The translations under genes and the position numbers were made by a program. From NCBI GenBank assembly GCA_965223335.1, contig OZ244991.1, positions 2,592,001-2,656,000 on the forward strand: a DNA stretch of 64,000 nucleotides, given 5' to 3'. Source of the DNA: Thermodesulfobacteriota bacterium. GTDB lineage: Bacteria > Desulfobacterota_D > UBA1144 > Nemesobacterales > UBA2774. This document shows positions 40,435-50,816 of the stretch, piece by piece (position 1 is the stretch's first letter; each line of letters begins with the position of its first letter). The notes beneath the pieces are model-generated. The model was given only the letters and a program-made list of their open reading frames with translations, did not search any database and was not told the DNA's origin.

Positions 40435-41391
40435 TTACACAGTGCTACTATTAACCAGCGATAATACATCCTCGGCACACCCCCACGACAGTGTAAACCC
40501 CGCTCCCCCGTGCCCATAGTTATGCACGGCTGTACAGTTCTCACCTATGGTCTCGGCCTCAAGCCTGACCTCTGTCCTCCCGGGTCTAAGCCCTACTACG
40601 TGGTCGAGTACCCGAACCCCCTCGAGTCTGGGCTCAAGGGCTCTGCACCGCACCATAATCCTGTGTGCAGTCTCTTCGTCGGGGACCGTGTCCCAGTCGC
40701 CCTCCAGTGCAGTCCCGCCCAGAACACAGTCTTGGCTCCTAGGTACAATGTAGGTGGGTGTGTCTTCCTCGCTAATGCATACGTTTAGTCCCGGGTTAGA
40801 TGTTCTTATAATCTGCCCCCTTATTGGGAAAACATCTTTATCCTCACAGAGCTCCCCCGCACCAAGACCCGTACAGTTTACTATCACTCGATTTTGCGCG
40901 CATAATGACTCAAGCGACTCGATCTTCCCCTCCAACTTCTCCAAGGTGCCACCAAGCCCGGCAAACATATCAAGTAAATAATTCATGTATATGGGGGTTT
41001 CGATTAGAGGGACCTCCGCCAGAAAACCGTCAATAAAATCCCCCGGTACCCGCCCGCTCTCGACCCTTCTAAACGACCTAACAGCAACCTTCCAAAACGG
41101 GTCCTCTACGTTTCGGTCAAAGACCTTGAGCAGCTCTATCATAGACACGCCAGTTTTGGGGTTTTTACTCAGTTCTAAAAACTTATTGTATGAAACCGTG
41201 GCCCATCCAAGCGCTTTATCTTTGGGTGCCACCTTGTATGGAAACCAATATGCCGCAGCTACATTAGAGGTGATATTAGGCGGGAGCTCAAAAGCCACTA
41301 TCCTCGCACCATAGCCCTCCTCGAGGAGTCTGATACCACAGCTTAGCCCCGAGACCCCGGCCCCGATTATTAATACATCCCCCGTGCTCAT
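40435..41391 (-). CDS. D-amino-acid oxidase family FAD oxidoreductase
   Basis: GAGVSG, NCTGLG, RGQ, GLRP, HNYGHGGAGFTLSWG. Confidence 0.9.
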   Translation of the reverse strand: MSTGDVLIIGAGVSGLSCGIRLLEEGYGARIVAFELPPNITSNVAAAYWFPYKVAPKDKALGWATVSYNKFLELSKNPKTGVSMIELLKVFDRNVEDPFWKVAVRSFRRVESGRVPGDFIDGFLAEVPLIETPIYMNYLLDMFAGLGGTLEKLEGKIESLESLCAQNRVIVNCTGLGAGELCEDKDVFPIRGQIIRTSNPGLNVCISEEDTPTYIVPRSQDCVLGGTALEGDWDTVPDEETAHRIMVRCRALEPRLEGVRVLDHVVGLRPGRTEVRLEAETIGENCTAVHNYGHGGAGFTLSWGCAEDVLSLVNSSTV

Positions 41392-41397
41392 AGCAAT

Positions 41398-42192
41398 CTA
41401 CCCACCACCTCTTGCCTCGTTTACCATCTCTACCAGCACCTCTCTGGTCTCTTTAGTATCCCTAACCTGACGCTTAAATCCGACTCTGCGGCTAAACACC
41501 TCTCCGCCATTCTTAAAACGTGCATTAAACCCGAGTTTATCCAATGAAGTGATAAAACCCTCGTCGGCTTGAATCCCCCCGAAATATCGTGCAATCAACA
41601 CTATGGCATCACCATGGTCTTGGTTCATATGCTCTATAATTGCCCCTGCCGTGTCACAAAGCGGGTCTACCTCGGCCACGCTGTAATCCCTGGCCCCCAC
41701 CCAGCCCATTGCTCCGAACCCTCCTACAAAGTAGATATCTTTTATCTCCATACGGTAGAAATAAAAATCATCAAAATCCACCCAGTAGCTCGCGTTCGGA
41801 TAACGCGCTAAATAGAGCTCACGTGCCTCGGACAGCTCCAATTCCGGCACCTTAGACACCTCCCCCATCAACGTCACTCTCGAGGCATCCAGCGGGTCTC
41901 CCTTAGTGTCCGTCTGCGTTACAAAGAGACTTGCCCTTGGGTCCCGCTCTATGTTATGTGTGTGCATTGCCATCGTGCTGATCAAAAAAATCGGCCTGCC
42001 GCCGGGATCAAGTCCATACGGCATCATAGAGCCGAACGGCCAGTCGGGGTGCTTCTTAGAGAGGGTCGAGAGTGTGCCCACCCTGTTTCTGTATATGAGT
42101 GTCCTTACCCTCTCGGGATATGTGGGTTCGGGCACTGGTTTATCGTTTGTGGGTTCCGTTGTGTAACCGTGTTGTCTCGACTCTTTACTCAC
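41398..42192 (-). CDS. HugZ-like pyridoxamine 5'-phosphate oxidase family protein with DUF2470 domain
   Basis: PFGS, HTHNI..DPRASL, VGGFG, IIEHMNQDH. Confidence 0.85.
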   Translation of the reverse strand: MSKESRQHGYTTEPTNDKPVPEPTYPERVRTLIYRNRVGTLSTLSKKHPDWPFGSMMPYGLDPGGRPIFLISTMAMHTHNIERDPRASLFVTQTDTKGDPLDASRVTLMGEVSKVPELELSEARELYLARYPNASYWVDFDDFYFYRMEIKDIYFVGGFGAMGWVGARDYSVAEVDPLCDTAGAIIEHMNQDHGDAIVLIARYFGGIQADEGFITSLDKLGFNARFKNGGEVFSRRVGFKRQVRDTKETREVLVEMVNEARGGG

Positions 42193-42511
42193 TCGTCACC
42201 TCTCCTTTGGACAGTGCTACTCTCCCAAAGATTACTACATGAAAGAGCGCCATTCCCCAAAGTATACTGTTTAAAACAAACGGGATATATCCCCAGAGCC
42301 CCGGGAGCCAATCGGCAGGCATTACTTCCAAGAAAAAATTCAACGGGAATGTGAGTACACCTAGCACGATTCCTGCCCCGCTATCTACCCAGCCCGGTTC
42401 GGTTAAGGTATCGAACCGTGTCATAGCCCGGCCAAACACATATACAATCAACAGCATGCACACCAGAAAATGTGCAATTGATAATATTGCTATCTTAAGT
42501 TTGGATCCCAT
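42185..42511 (-). CDS. Hypothetical membrane protein
   Basis: Three hydrophobic segments; overlaps next gene. Confidence 0.65.
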   Translation of the reverse strand: MGSKLKIAILSIAHFLVCMLLIVYVFGRAMTRFDTLTEPGWVDSGAGIVLGVLTFPLNFFLEVMPADWLPGLWGYIPFVLNSILWGMALFHVVIFGRVALSKGEVTSE

Positions 42512-42688
42512 ATAGAATTATTATCACATCGGAATGGGCATTATACGAGTCTGAGTTTAATACGCTTTACTCAAGCTACGCACCCGGAGATCCAATCTTA
42601 TTATATGCAACGGTTATAAACTTAGTCCCACTCAACGCAATCCGGTCGTAGATTTCAAAAAAGACGATTTACATTTACAATAAACCCG

Positions 42689-43720
42689 ATGGTCAAGTTT
42701 ATAGACGAGGCTAAAATCTACGTAAAATCAGGTGACGGCGGGGACGGTTGTGTGAGTTTCAGGCGCGAGAAATATGTCCCACGGGGCGGGCCCAACGGCG
42801 GTGACGGTGGCAACGGGGGCGATGTCGTGATTATAGCCAAACGCAACATGAACTCGCTACTCGACCACCGCTATAAACAGCACTACAAGGCCAAGCGGGG
42901 TACACATGGACGTGGCAAAAACCAGCACGGCAAAAACGCCAAACACCTCTACATTCCGGTGCCCCCCGGCACAGTCGTTAAGGATCATACGAACGGAGAG
43001 ATCCTAGGCGACCTCACCGAGAACGAACAAACGTTAGTCGTAGCCAAAGGGGGACGGGGTGGCAGGGGGAACGCCAGGTTTGTAAGCTCTGTGAACCAAG
43101 CCCCCAAAGAAGCCGAGCCTGGATCCGAGGGCGAAGAAAAAACGCTTTACCTAGAACTAAAACTTCTTGCAGACGTCGGGATCATCGGGTTTCCAAACGC
43201 AGGCAAGTCCACACTTATTTCACGTATATCCGCAGCACGCCCCAAGATCGCCGGCTACCCGTTCACCACACTGGTCCCCAACCTAGGTGTGGTTAGCTAC
43301 GGGAACGGCAATACATTTGTGGTAGCCGATATCCCGGGCCTTATCGAGGGTGCCCACGAGGGTGCGGGACTGGGTATCCAGTTTTTAAGGCATATAGAGC
43401 GCACAAAACTCTTGGTACACCTGCTCGATCTCTCACCCATCACCAACCGAGACCCCAGAGAAGATTACGAAACTATGCAAAAAGAGCTCCGTTCCTACAG
43501 CGAAGAACTCTCTCGGAAACCACAGATTGTTGCAGCAAATAAGATCGACATTACAGAAGCCCGCGAGATACTCCCGGGCCTTGAGGAGCATTTCAACAAA
43601 CTGGGGATCAAGATAATCCCCATCTCATCCGCTACAGGTGAGGGGCTATTAAGTTTAATCCAAGAGGTAAGCTCCACCCTGGAAAAGATAACCAAACAAC
43701 CGCAGACTGCGTCTCATTAA
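42689..43720 (+). CDS. obgE: GTPase Obg/CgtA
   Basis: FIDEAKI, Gly-rich Obg fold, GFPNAGKS, DIPG, NKID. Confidence 0.97.
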   Translation: MVKFIDEAKIYVKSGDGGDGCVSFRREKYVPRGGPNGGDGGNGGDVVIIAKRNMNSLLDHRYKQHYKAKRGTHGRGKNQHGKNAKHLYIPVPPGTVVKDHTNGEILGDLTENEQTLVVAKGGRGGRGNARFVSSVNQAPKEAEPGSEGEEKTLYLELKLLADVGIIGFPNAGKSTLISRISAARPKIAGYPFTTLVPNLGVVSYGNGNTFVVADIPGLIEGAHEGAGLGIQFLRHIERTKLLVHLLDLSPITNRDPREDYETMQKELRSYSEELSRKPQIVAANKIDITEAREILPGLEEHFNKLGIKIIPISSATGEGLLSLIQEVSSTLEKITKQPQTASH

Positions 43721-43807
43721 ATGATCACCGCAACCTCACCATCACAGGTAGATAGCCCTAAAAAATTACGATGGAACTACTCGATTTTATCCTTTACACT
43801 ATTTTGT

Positions 43808-44242
43808 ATGAGAAAATCGGTCCTAATAATCGGTGTTTTAGCATTACTGGCAACCCCTTTCATTACGGTTGCACAAGACCAACCCGAGGCACCCAGTGAA
43901 CAGCTTCCTACCAGCAACCAGATACTCCACCCTGAGTGGTACCTCAAGGTCGTCAGGTGGTCGTTCTTTGTCCCGGCGCGCGTAGCCATGCTAAGCCACG
44001 TCCAAATAGTAAACACAGCCGATATCGCATACAAGGATATCAAGATCAGGGCCTCCTACACTTCCTACTCAGGTGTTGCCCCGGGCCAGACCATTGCTAC
44101 CAACGTAGGCACGCTCCCCGTGACCGTACCCCCCAAGAGCCACGACGTATACATAAAGAGTGGGATGCCATTCGGTGCAGGTTCATGGGATTATAGAATC
44201 AGCAATATTGAGGTCCTAGACGCCACCCCCATAAAAGATTAA
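43808..44242 (+). CDS. Exported hypothetical protein
   Basis: Signal peptide from MRKS; beta-rich. Confidence 0.65.
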   Translation: MRKSVLIIGVLALLATPFITVAQDQPEAPSEQLPTSNQILHPEWYLKVVRWSFFVPARVAMLSHVQIVNTADIAYKDIKIRASYTSYSGVAPGQTIATNVGTLPVTVPPKSHDVYIKSGMPFGAGSWDYRISNIEVLDATPIKD

Positions 44243-44409
44243 GACCGCATAAGGGTGCTCAAACACCCACCCATGCCGATCAACACAGAGCAGCCCAATA
44301 GTAATAGCCCTAGCGTGATCCGTAATGCGCAGAATAGCAGGTGAAAAATAATCCAAAACAGGTTAGATTATATCCCTGCTAATCCAGTTAGATAGACCAT
44401 AGGGGGTAC

Positions 44410-44763
44410 TTGACATTGTTATTCGATAGAAAAATTGATTTCAGTGAAGATAAAAAAGAAGAGTGGGATCTCATACGTTCAAAGATAGGTGATGGATACG
44501 AGGTACCGCTACCCGACTCCGAAAGGTGGTTCCATGCATCGGTGGACGGAGATACCATTAAAATCGAGACTGCCAGACACAACGTAAGGCCCCTGGTATT
44601 GCACGAGAACCCGGTTATCACCTTCGAGGAATTTTGCACAGTTGCCACAACCTACAACGACTTCCTCCACCTCTCGGTCAGCACCATGGGCACAACTCAC
44701 GACGTTAAGGAAAGCACAGCTAACCTTAAGTTTATATTTATGTTGATTTATCACCTTGTCTAA
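44410..44763 (+). CDS. Hypothetical protein
   Basis: TTG start after AGGGGG; 117 aa. Confidence 0.6.
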   Translation: MTLLFDRKIDFSEDKKEEWDLIRSKIGDGYEVPLPDSERWFHASVDGDTIKIETARHNVRPLVLHENPVITFEEFCTVATTYNDFLHLSVSTMGTTHDVKESTANLKFIFMLIYHLV

Positions 44764-44802
44764 TTTTGGCTATAGTGTGTGCTCAGTAGGCATAGGTTCT
44801 TA

Positions 44803-45609
44803 TTAGAATAGGTATGGACTTGATAGGGGGTTTGTCGGGGCATAGTGCTCGATATCCACATACTGCCAATAGTTTGTAATCTCTTGGGGCAGTAATTTCC
44901 CCACAGCTTTTACACCATACTCGATAATCTCACGGCCCAGTATATGTATCACGTCTATCCCTGCGCGCTTGAGCATCCTGTCTTTAGAGAGCTGGTTCTC
45001 CTCCCCGTCGCGTCTCATCGAGTCAATCTCCACTGCAACCAGCTTTTGCCCCGTCCAAAAGAGGAAATCCACGACCACCATGTTCTCGGGATTAAAGTTA
45101 TACGACTCCTCGAACAGGTCCTCTACATACAGCTGCGCCTGTGGGATCGGCAGCAATGCATCAAACGCAATGTTCGGATCGGTCTCCTCGAACGACACCT
45201 CTTGGTTCTGGCGGTTGAGTTTAGATTTAAGCAGCCAGTAGGCCTGGAAGGTAATCGAATTCGAACTGCATAGCTCAAAGTATAGATCCAGGAATCTATT
45301 CTCGAACTCAGTGTCCTTATCGGTATATCTCTTCATCTGGGACTTCAGATACTCATAGGACTCGGATCCGTCCTCAATCTCAGGAAAAGAAATGGGAAAC
45401 ACATCCTCTACATTTTTAAGTGTCAGAGGTGAGGCCAGGTTCTTGTCGATATATATCATCGGTGATTCGCTCTCGAAATATGTGGCCTCGGTCGATATCC
45501 CCGACATTTTGATCGCATCGACTTCCCACTTGGTCACCCCAAAAGGGATAAGCAGGTGGTTTTTAACTTTGATCTTTAATCTCTTCGCCTGCGCCTTTGC
45601 TTTCTCCAT
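44803..45609 (-). CDS. Hypothetical protein with C-terminal DUF559/Vsr-like PD-(D/E)xK nuclease-like domain
   Basis: PQ...VVDFLF...VAVEID...KDRML..AGIDVIHI pattern. Confidence 0.6.
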   Translation of the reverse strand: MEKAKAQAKRLKIKVKNHLLIPFGVTKWEVDAIKMSGISTEATYFESESPMIYIDKNLASPLTLKNVEDVFPISFPEIEDGSESYEYLKSQMKRYTDKDTEFENRFLDLYFELCSSNSITFQAYWLLKSKLNRQNQEVSFEETDPNIAFDALLPIPQAQLYVEDLFEESYNFNPENMVVVDFLFWTGQKLVAVEIDSMRRDGEENQLSKDRMLKRAGIDVIHILGREIIEYGVKAVGKLLPQEITNYWQYVDIEHYAPTNPLSSPYLF

Positions 45610-45838
45610 CCTCATCCTCCCCCTTGCTAAATCATCTACCAACTAACCCAAATTATACATCAGATCTTTTCCTCTCAAAGTACTATTTTTATTAACAATC
45701 TACTATCAGGCACTTGTTTTCAGTGATTGAAATAAGTATGATATTCGGGCGGGAATGGAGTCCGAACCTACCAAGATTTAACCATAAACGGTCGATAATA
45801 TTCGGCACTCTAAATACATTGAAACTGGGGACAAGAAA

Positions 45839-46687
45839 ATGTTAAAAAGTAACCACAAGCACTGCGTAGAGGTTTATAATCGAATCTGGATCAAATCTTT
45901 ATTTTTACTGACGGCCTTATTCTTTTGCGCTCAGATAACCGGCCTTACAACACCATCTTATGCTCGGGACATAGACCCAAAAGCAGACGAGGTTCTTAAG
46001 AAAATGAGTTATTATCTAGGCAGCAAATACGAATACACATATAAAGCAGAGATCATGTTCGACGAGAACAATCCCATAGGGATGAAGCTTCAGAACTCTG
46101 CAGAACAAAAGGTCTATGTGCACAAGCCCAATCAGATCTTCATCGAATACCAGAGCGATATCGGGGGTCTTAAATTTTGGTATAACGACTCAATTGCCAC
46201 ACTTCTCGAATTCCCAAGCACTCAGTACTCCAATGTAAAGCTACCCAGCACCATCGATCAGGCACTAAAGAAATTACAGAAAGACTATAACTTCTCGCTC
46301 CCTCTAACAGAGTTCATTTTTGTAAACCCATATAAAACACTGCTGGAAAATGTCCGCTCGGGTATCTATGTCGGCACCAGTAAAGTTTTTGGAGTTGTAT
46401 GCGACCACCTGGCGTTTCAGCAGCAAGACATAGACTGGCAGCTATGGATCGAGACCGGCAAGAACAAAAACCCCTTGCCCAGAAAACTCGTAATAACCTA
46501 CAAAAACATGCCCTCATCCCCGCAGTTTATCGCTATAATTAAAGACTGGGTAATTGATAAACCAATAACCAAGTTCGTTTTCAAACCCGATATCCCTAAA
46601 TTCGCCGAAAGAACCGATATGAACGCCATCACCACCACTTCTGCTAGCTTCCCGAAAACGATTCAAAGTTCAGGTATTGGAAATTAG
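45839..46687 (+). CDS. DUF2092 periplasmic (LolA-fold-like) protein
   Basis: CDHLAFQQQDIDWQLWI, PRKLVITYK..P..PQF. Confidence 0.85.
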   Translation: MLKSNHKHCVEVYNRIWIKSLFLLTALFFCAQITGLTTPSYARDIDPKADEVLKKMSYYLGSKYEYTYKAEIMFDENNPIGMKLQNSAEQKVYVHKPNQIFIEYQSDIGGLKFWYNDSIATLLEFPSTQYSNVKLPSTIDQALKKLQKDYNFSLPLTEFIFVNPYKTLLENVRSGIYVGTSKVFGVVCDHLAFQQQDIDWQLWIETGKNKNPLPRKLVITYKNMPSSPQFIAIIKDWVIDKPITKFVFKPDIPKFAERTDMNAITTTSASFPKTIQSSGIGN

Positions 46688-46742
46688 GACGTAATATTTA
46701 TAATATTTAAATAATAGATATGGTAGATATATTAAGAGCGAA

Positions 46743-47171
46743 ATGAACAGAATTGACTTAACTCACGATACAGATAGTGAACACGGCAGAATTTTGATCA
46801 TGGACGACGACGACATGATCCGCAACCTGCTCAACCGAGTGCTTACAACCCACGGCTACATAGTCGAGCTCGCAGAGGACGGCGGAAAGGCTCTTAACTT
46901 ATACAAAGCGGCTATTGAAGCAGGTAACACTTTTGACGCTGTGATTCTGGACCTTACAGTCCCTGTGGGAATGGGTGGTCTTGAAACAGCTAGAGAGCTT
47001 ATAAAAATAGATCCAAAGGCAGTATTAATCGTCTCAAGCGGCTATTCCGACAACGCCATAATGTCCGACTTCAGATCCTACGGGTTTTCAGGCATTGTGA
47101 CTAAACCCTACAGGGTCGAAGACTTAATCTCTGCTCTAAAAGAGATAATATCCGAGAGCCAAACCACATAG
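46743..47171 (+). CDS. Stand-alone response-regulator receiver
   Basis: ILIMDDD, ILDLTVPVGMGG, SSGYS, KPY. Confidence 0.88.
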   Translation: MNRIDLTHDTDSEHGRILIMDDDDMIRNLLNRVLTTHGYIVELAEDGGKALNLYKAAIEAGNTFDAVILDLTVPVGMGGLETARELIKIDPKAVLIVSSGYSDNAIMSDFRSYGFSGIVTKPYRVEDLISALKEIISESQTT

Positions 47172-47173
47172 AT

Positions 47174-47398
47174 TTATTCGAAATAGCAGGTCCCGGATTT
47201 AGGTATCCCGCCCCCTGTTTCCTCCTCTTCTTCAAACGAGTACTGACAGTAACATACCCCTATCTCACCGCAGTCATACGACGTAGTACACTCCTTTCCT
47301 TTGTTACAGTCTGTGCACTCTGCTTTTGGCGTAGTCATATAAATCCCAACCCCAAATAGCAGTGCAATAATTAATAACGATATAGCATAACGGCTCAT
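47174..47398 (-). CDS. Small secreted Cys-rich protein
   Basis: Signal peptide followed by 7 Cys in about 48 aa. Confidence 0.6.
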   Translation of the reverse strand: MSRYAISLLIIALLFGVGIYMTTPKAECTDCNKGKECTTSYDCGEIGVCYCQYSFEEEEETGGGIPKSGTCYFE

Positions 47399-47474
47399 AT
47401 CACATGCCCCCTATACTGGTTTTGTTAACTATAAAGCACCTCACCTATCGTTGGTCCACATTGTGCATCCATGC

Positions 47475-48016
47475 TCAATTAAGAAGATTATGTATTCCTA
47501 CTAACACTGCCCCTATTAACACCGCACCCAGACCAAGCACAATCCCTTTCAACCTCCCTTATCCTACGATAACACCCGAGAGGTAACCACACACAAATAA
47601 GTTGATCATCAGAACATACTCCACTATAGCAAATGCCGTTTTCATCGCAATCAATCCGATCCCGGCCACTGAAAATATTATGATAGGTATTGTTACCACC
47701 TTACTAAGATCCCTAAGAACCCCGGGCAAGAGAAAAAAAGATCCCTGGTCCGGCCCTTTTGTTTCACTACCCTCTGAGCAACCGAATCGGCATAAAGACG
47801 CGAGACCTGAATGCCCAACACTGTTACTATTAGGATCATTATAATCTTAAGCGCGCTGGGTGGACTATCCTCTAAACCCGTCAGTATTGCCAATACGATA
47901 ATCGTCTGATAAATGGCAGTCGATACATATTTTTCATTCAGCAAGTCCTCTTTTAGGTTCCTTTTTAGCTTTACAAGTAAACAATAAAACTTATATCTGA
48001 TTATTTTACTATCCAT
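47475..48016 (-). pseudogene. Frameshifted multi-pass membrane protein (VIT/CCC1-like pattern)
   Basis: ORF 48016-47693 continues in other frames as VTIPIIIFSVAGIGLIAMKTAF...GYLSGVIVG* and LKGIVLGLGAVLIGAVLVGIHNLLN*. Confidence 0.6.
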
Positions 48017-48186
48017 ATTTTTTCTAGACGGGTCGACAATTATTTTGGGAATAGGAATTGCAGTTGCAAACGCAAGGTTCAGTCGGGCCCAGGGTCCGGT
48101 TTTTCTACGTTGTAAAACGCTTGTGTCTGTGCGTTTAAAAGGAGTTTATCTACCCGGAAGATCTTCCCCCTATCCTTATACTTGCA

Positions 48187-49272
48187 TCATAATATGAGAG
48201 CGAATAGGGCTATTAGTAAAAACAGCACTATATATACAACCCTTGCAATCTTCTCCACACCGATGGCTCTATCCCTCCTGCCCTCAGACGCCTCTCTGCT
48301 GGTTAATATCGCCACCCCAAGGGCCGTAAACACTAGCACAGTTGATAAGAACACAAATGTGTCCATCTTTGTGAAATACGATATCTTCGGCAGGTTAAAA
48401 CCCAATGTGAACCTATAGGCAATCAGCGTGAATATAGTAGCCGTAGACAACCCGACCTGCGGGCCTATCTGAGAAGGGTCGATCCAAAACACTGCCCATG
48501 CCATAAGCACTATAAGACAAAGCGGAGCAACTATCTTCCACAAATAATAACCCTTCTCCCTCTCGGCTAACAGGTAAAAATCCATCCTGGCAAAGCTCCG
48601 GCCCTGCTCCTTTACCACTTCCTCGGTGATCAGCGGATCCATCATTGCGATCTTCCAGCCCTCTATCGAAAAACTATCCCGTGAACCCGACATCTCCTTA
48701 TCATGCACAAACTCAATCTTATCGGCATCCGGCCCGTAAGCAGCCAGCACAAAATGAAGCTCTTGCGTATCAAAGGGAAACTGTTCGAAGTTGAGGTCAG
48801 ACGACAGTGTGCCTATATAGCGCTGCTTGAAATTTACGTTCCCGTCCTTGTCTATCTGCACGACCTTTTCCAAAAGCTCCTTGCCGTCGTCTCGGTTCGC
48901 ATCCAGTACAAGTGGGTACCAAATCACTGAGCGGTCCACAATGCAGTCTTTGATCGATTTGCCGAGCGATTTCTCGGATAGACGCGCATCGTTCCATGTA
49001 ATGTTAAAAAACACATCTGCCGTGTAAGTCTGGTCTAAATCACTTATGTCCTTAAGGTCTATTAAATAGAATCCGACTTTAACTGGAGTTTTGGTACCTT
49101 CGGGGTCAGGTCTGCCTACTTTTAGTTCTGGGGGGATAGTGCAGTCTACAGCTCTTTTTTCATTAACTGGCTCTTGCGCACCACAATATGTGCTATAGCC
49201 CGGCCAAATATATATCAGCGTCAAGAAACTAATGAATATACTTAAGAACCACCTATTACCCTGCATTAACAT
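48187..49272 (-). CDS. Prokaryotic pentameric ligand-gated ion channel (ELIC/GLIC-like)
   Basis: Signal peptide; WNDARL; IWYP; Pro-loop FEQFPFDTQ; four TM helices, with FWID, LPKISYFTKMD. Confidence 0.9.
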   Translation of the reverse strand: MLMQGNRWFLSIFISFLTLIYIWPGYSTYCGAQEPVNEKRAVDCTIPPELKVGRPDPEGTKTPVKVGFYLIDLKDISDLDQTYTADVFFNITWNDARLSEKSLGKSIKDCIVDRSVIWYPLVLDANRDDGKELLEKVVQIDKDGNVNFKQRYIGTLSSDLNFEQFPFDTQELHFVLAAYGPDADKIEFVHDKEMSGSRDSFSIEGWKIAMMDPLITEEVVKEQGRSFARMDFYLLAEREKGYYLWKIVAPLCLIVLMAWAVFWIDPSQIGPQVGLSTATIFTLIAYRFTLGFNLPKISYFTKMDTFVFLSTVLVFTALGVAILTSREASEGRRDRAIGVEKIARVVYIVLFLLIALFALIL

Positions 49273-49309
49273 TCTATTAAACTAAACCACGGACATCTCT
49301 TTCAAACTC

Positions 49310-50569
49310 TTAAAACTTATAAGTCAGCTTGAGATTGAACGTATGATACTCATCACTAACACCAACACCATACACGAACGATAGGTTGAGCGCTTCTACA
49401 AAAGTGTCAGCAAGCTGCTTAATCGTAACTACACCAAAACCCATATCAAAGAATGAGTCAAGGTAAAGTTCATCACCCCAAAACTTTGTGTGGTTAAGGA
49501 AAAATTTGAACCCAGCCGGGTTCCCCAAGAGGTCAAAATCAAAATGCTGGGTTATGTCACCGCCATTTCTGAGTACATAGTTTTTAAGGTCATAGCTAAG
49601 GTCCCAGCCCTTTATCTTGATACCGTCAATAGTACTGTTAAAACCCGCCATGGTGGCAAATCCCATATGAGTGGATCCAGTGTAATAATGAAAATAGTTT
49701 GTTGCTGAGGCCGAGTACATAATCGCCAAGGCACCGACATCAAAAGACCCCACACCCCCTATACGCCCCATCGGTGTCAGACTCCACCATTTTGTGGGAC
49801 GATACTGAACACCAATGCCCAAAGATGCAAGGTATGACCATGCAGTCTGAGTATTTGTAAATGTAATAGGAAAATCGAATATTATAGACAGTTTCGGGAT
49901 ACTCTTTAGGTTAATCCTATAATTTATCGGGATGTTGTAAACCTGCCCATTATAAGGTCCACCCCTGAAATACCCGAATTCTCCTCCAAACGTGAAATTG
50001 TTTTTTTGTCCCTCCACCGGAGTATTAGAACTTATAAATGGCCCCGTTATTCCCACATCAAAATCCGCTAGGAACATCCGCGTTTGCAGACTGTTAAAGT
50101 TGCCCGCGACAGGGTCTATAGGTGAGTCAGCTACTAATATTTTTAACAGCACCGTGAGTGATGCTGTTGGGGCATCTGATGATTCAAATTCTCCCTGTAA
50201 CCAGTCCTCGAATTGCTTTTGTGATTCATCCCTATTTCCACCGTCAAATTTAACCTCAAAATTCCTGCCCGGCACTCTAAAGACTAACTCGCTCGAATTC
50301 TCAGCATAGGACAGTGTTGTACTGACACCCCTGAAATTCACGCCGGCAAACACCCCTGAGTTAGGTGTGTAGTTATCGAATAGATCCTCAAGTGAAACGT
50401 TGTCAAAAAACTCTGTCACGTCAAGGATGCTGTTTGTAGACTCCCTGACTGTTTCGTCCCCAACAGTAATTTCAGCTATGAACAGGTCTTTCGCTTGTGT
50501 CTCGGACGGAAAGTAAGTAATCGTAAGCGCAAAAAGTAGAGATAAGACTATGCAGTTTGTGATTTTCAT
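49310..50569 (-). CDS. Probable outer-membrane beta-barrel protein
   Basis: Signal peptide, amphipathic beta strands, C-terminal ...LKLTYKF. Confidence 0.7.
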   Translation of the reverse strand: MKITNCIVLSLLFALTITYFPSETQAKDLFIAEITVGDETVRESTNSILDVTEFFDNVSLEDLFDNYTPNSGVFAGVNFRGVSTTLSYAENSSELVFRVPGRNFEVKFDGGNRDESQKQFEDWLQGEFESSDAPTASLTVLLKILVADSPIDPVAGNFNSLQTRMFLADFDVGITGPFISSNTPVEGQKNNFTFGGEFGYFRGGPYNGQVYNIPINYRINLKSIPKLSIIFDFPITFTNTQTAWSYLASLGIGVQYRPTKWWSLTPMGRIGGVGSFDVGALAIMYSASATNYFHYYTGSTHMGFATMAGFNSTIDGIKIKGWDLSYDLKNYVLRNGGDITQHFDFDLLGNPAGFKFFLNHTKFWGDELYLDSFFDMGFGVVTIKQLADTFVEALNLSFVYGVGVSDEYHTFNLKLTYKF

Positions 50570-50816
50570 GCCCCCCCTTTAAAATAATCATTAGTAGCAA
50601 ATAACTATCATTTCTCCTACCGAATAATTATTATATATCATGTTATGTCATTTCTGCAAGCATAAAAATACGTTCTAGTATGTAAATAATCGATGTATTA
50701 TTTAACTTTCTACAACTACTTGTATGACGAAAGCTAGTTCATCTTAACAAGTCCTTAACGTTATTGTCGTATACTACTTCGGTGGATCAAAGAGACTCAT
50801 GGAGGACTAAAAACAA

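Noticed and set aside
44243..44365. Hydrophobic minus-strand frame FWIIFHLLFCALRITLGLLLLG...
   Set aside because: No convincing start or RBS, and no recognisable homology.
45745..45810. GGGAATGGAGTCC... upstream of the DUF2092 gene resembling a fluoride riboswitch start
   Set aside because: The P1 partner and the 3' GCTRATGAC..CTAC element are missing; only a 7-bp hairpin is visible.
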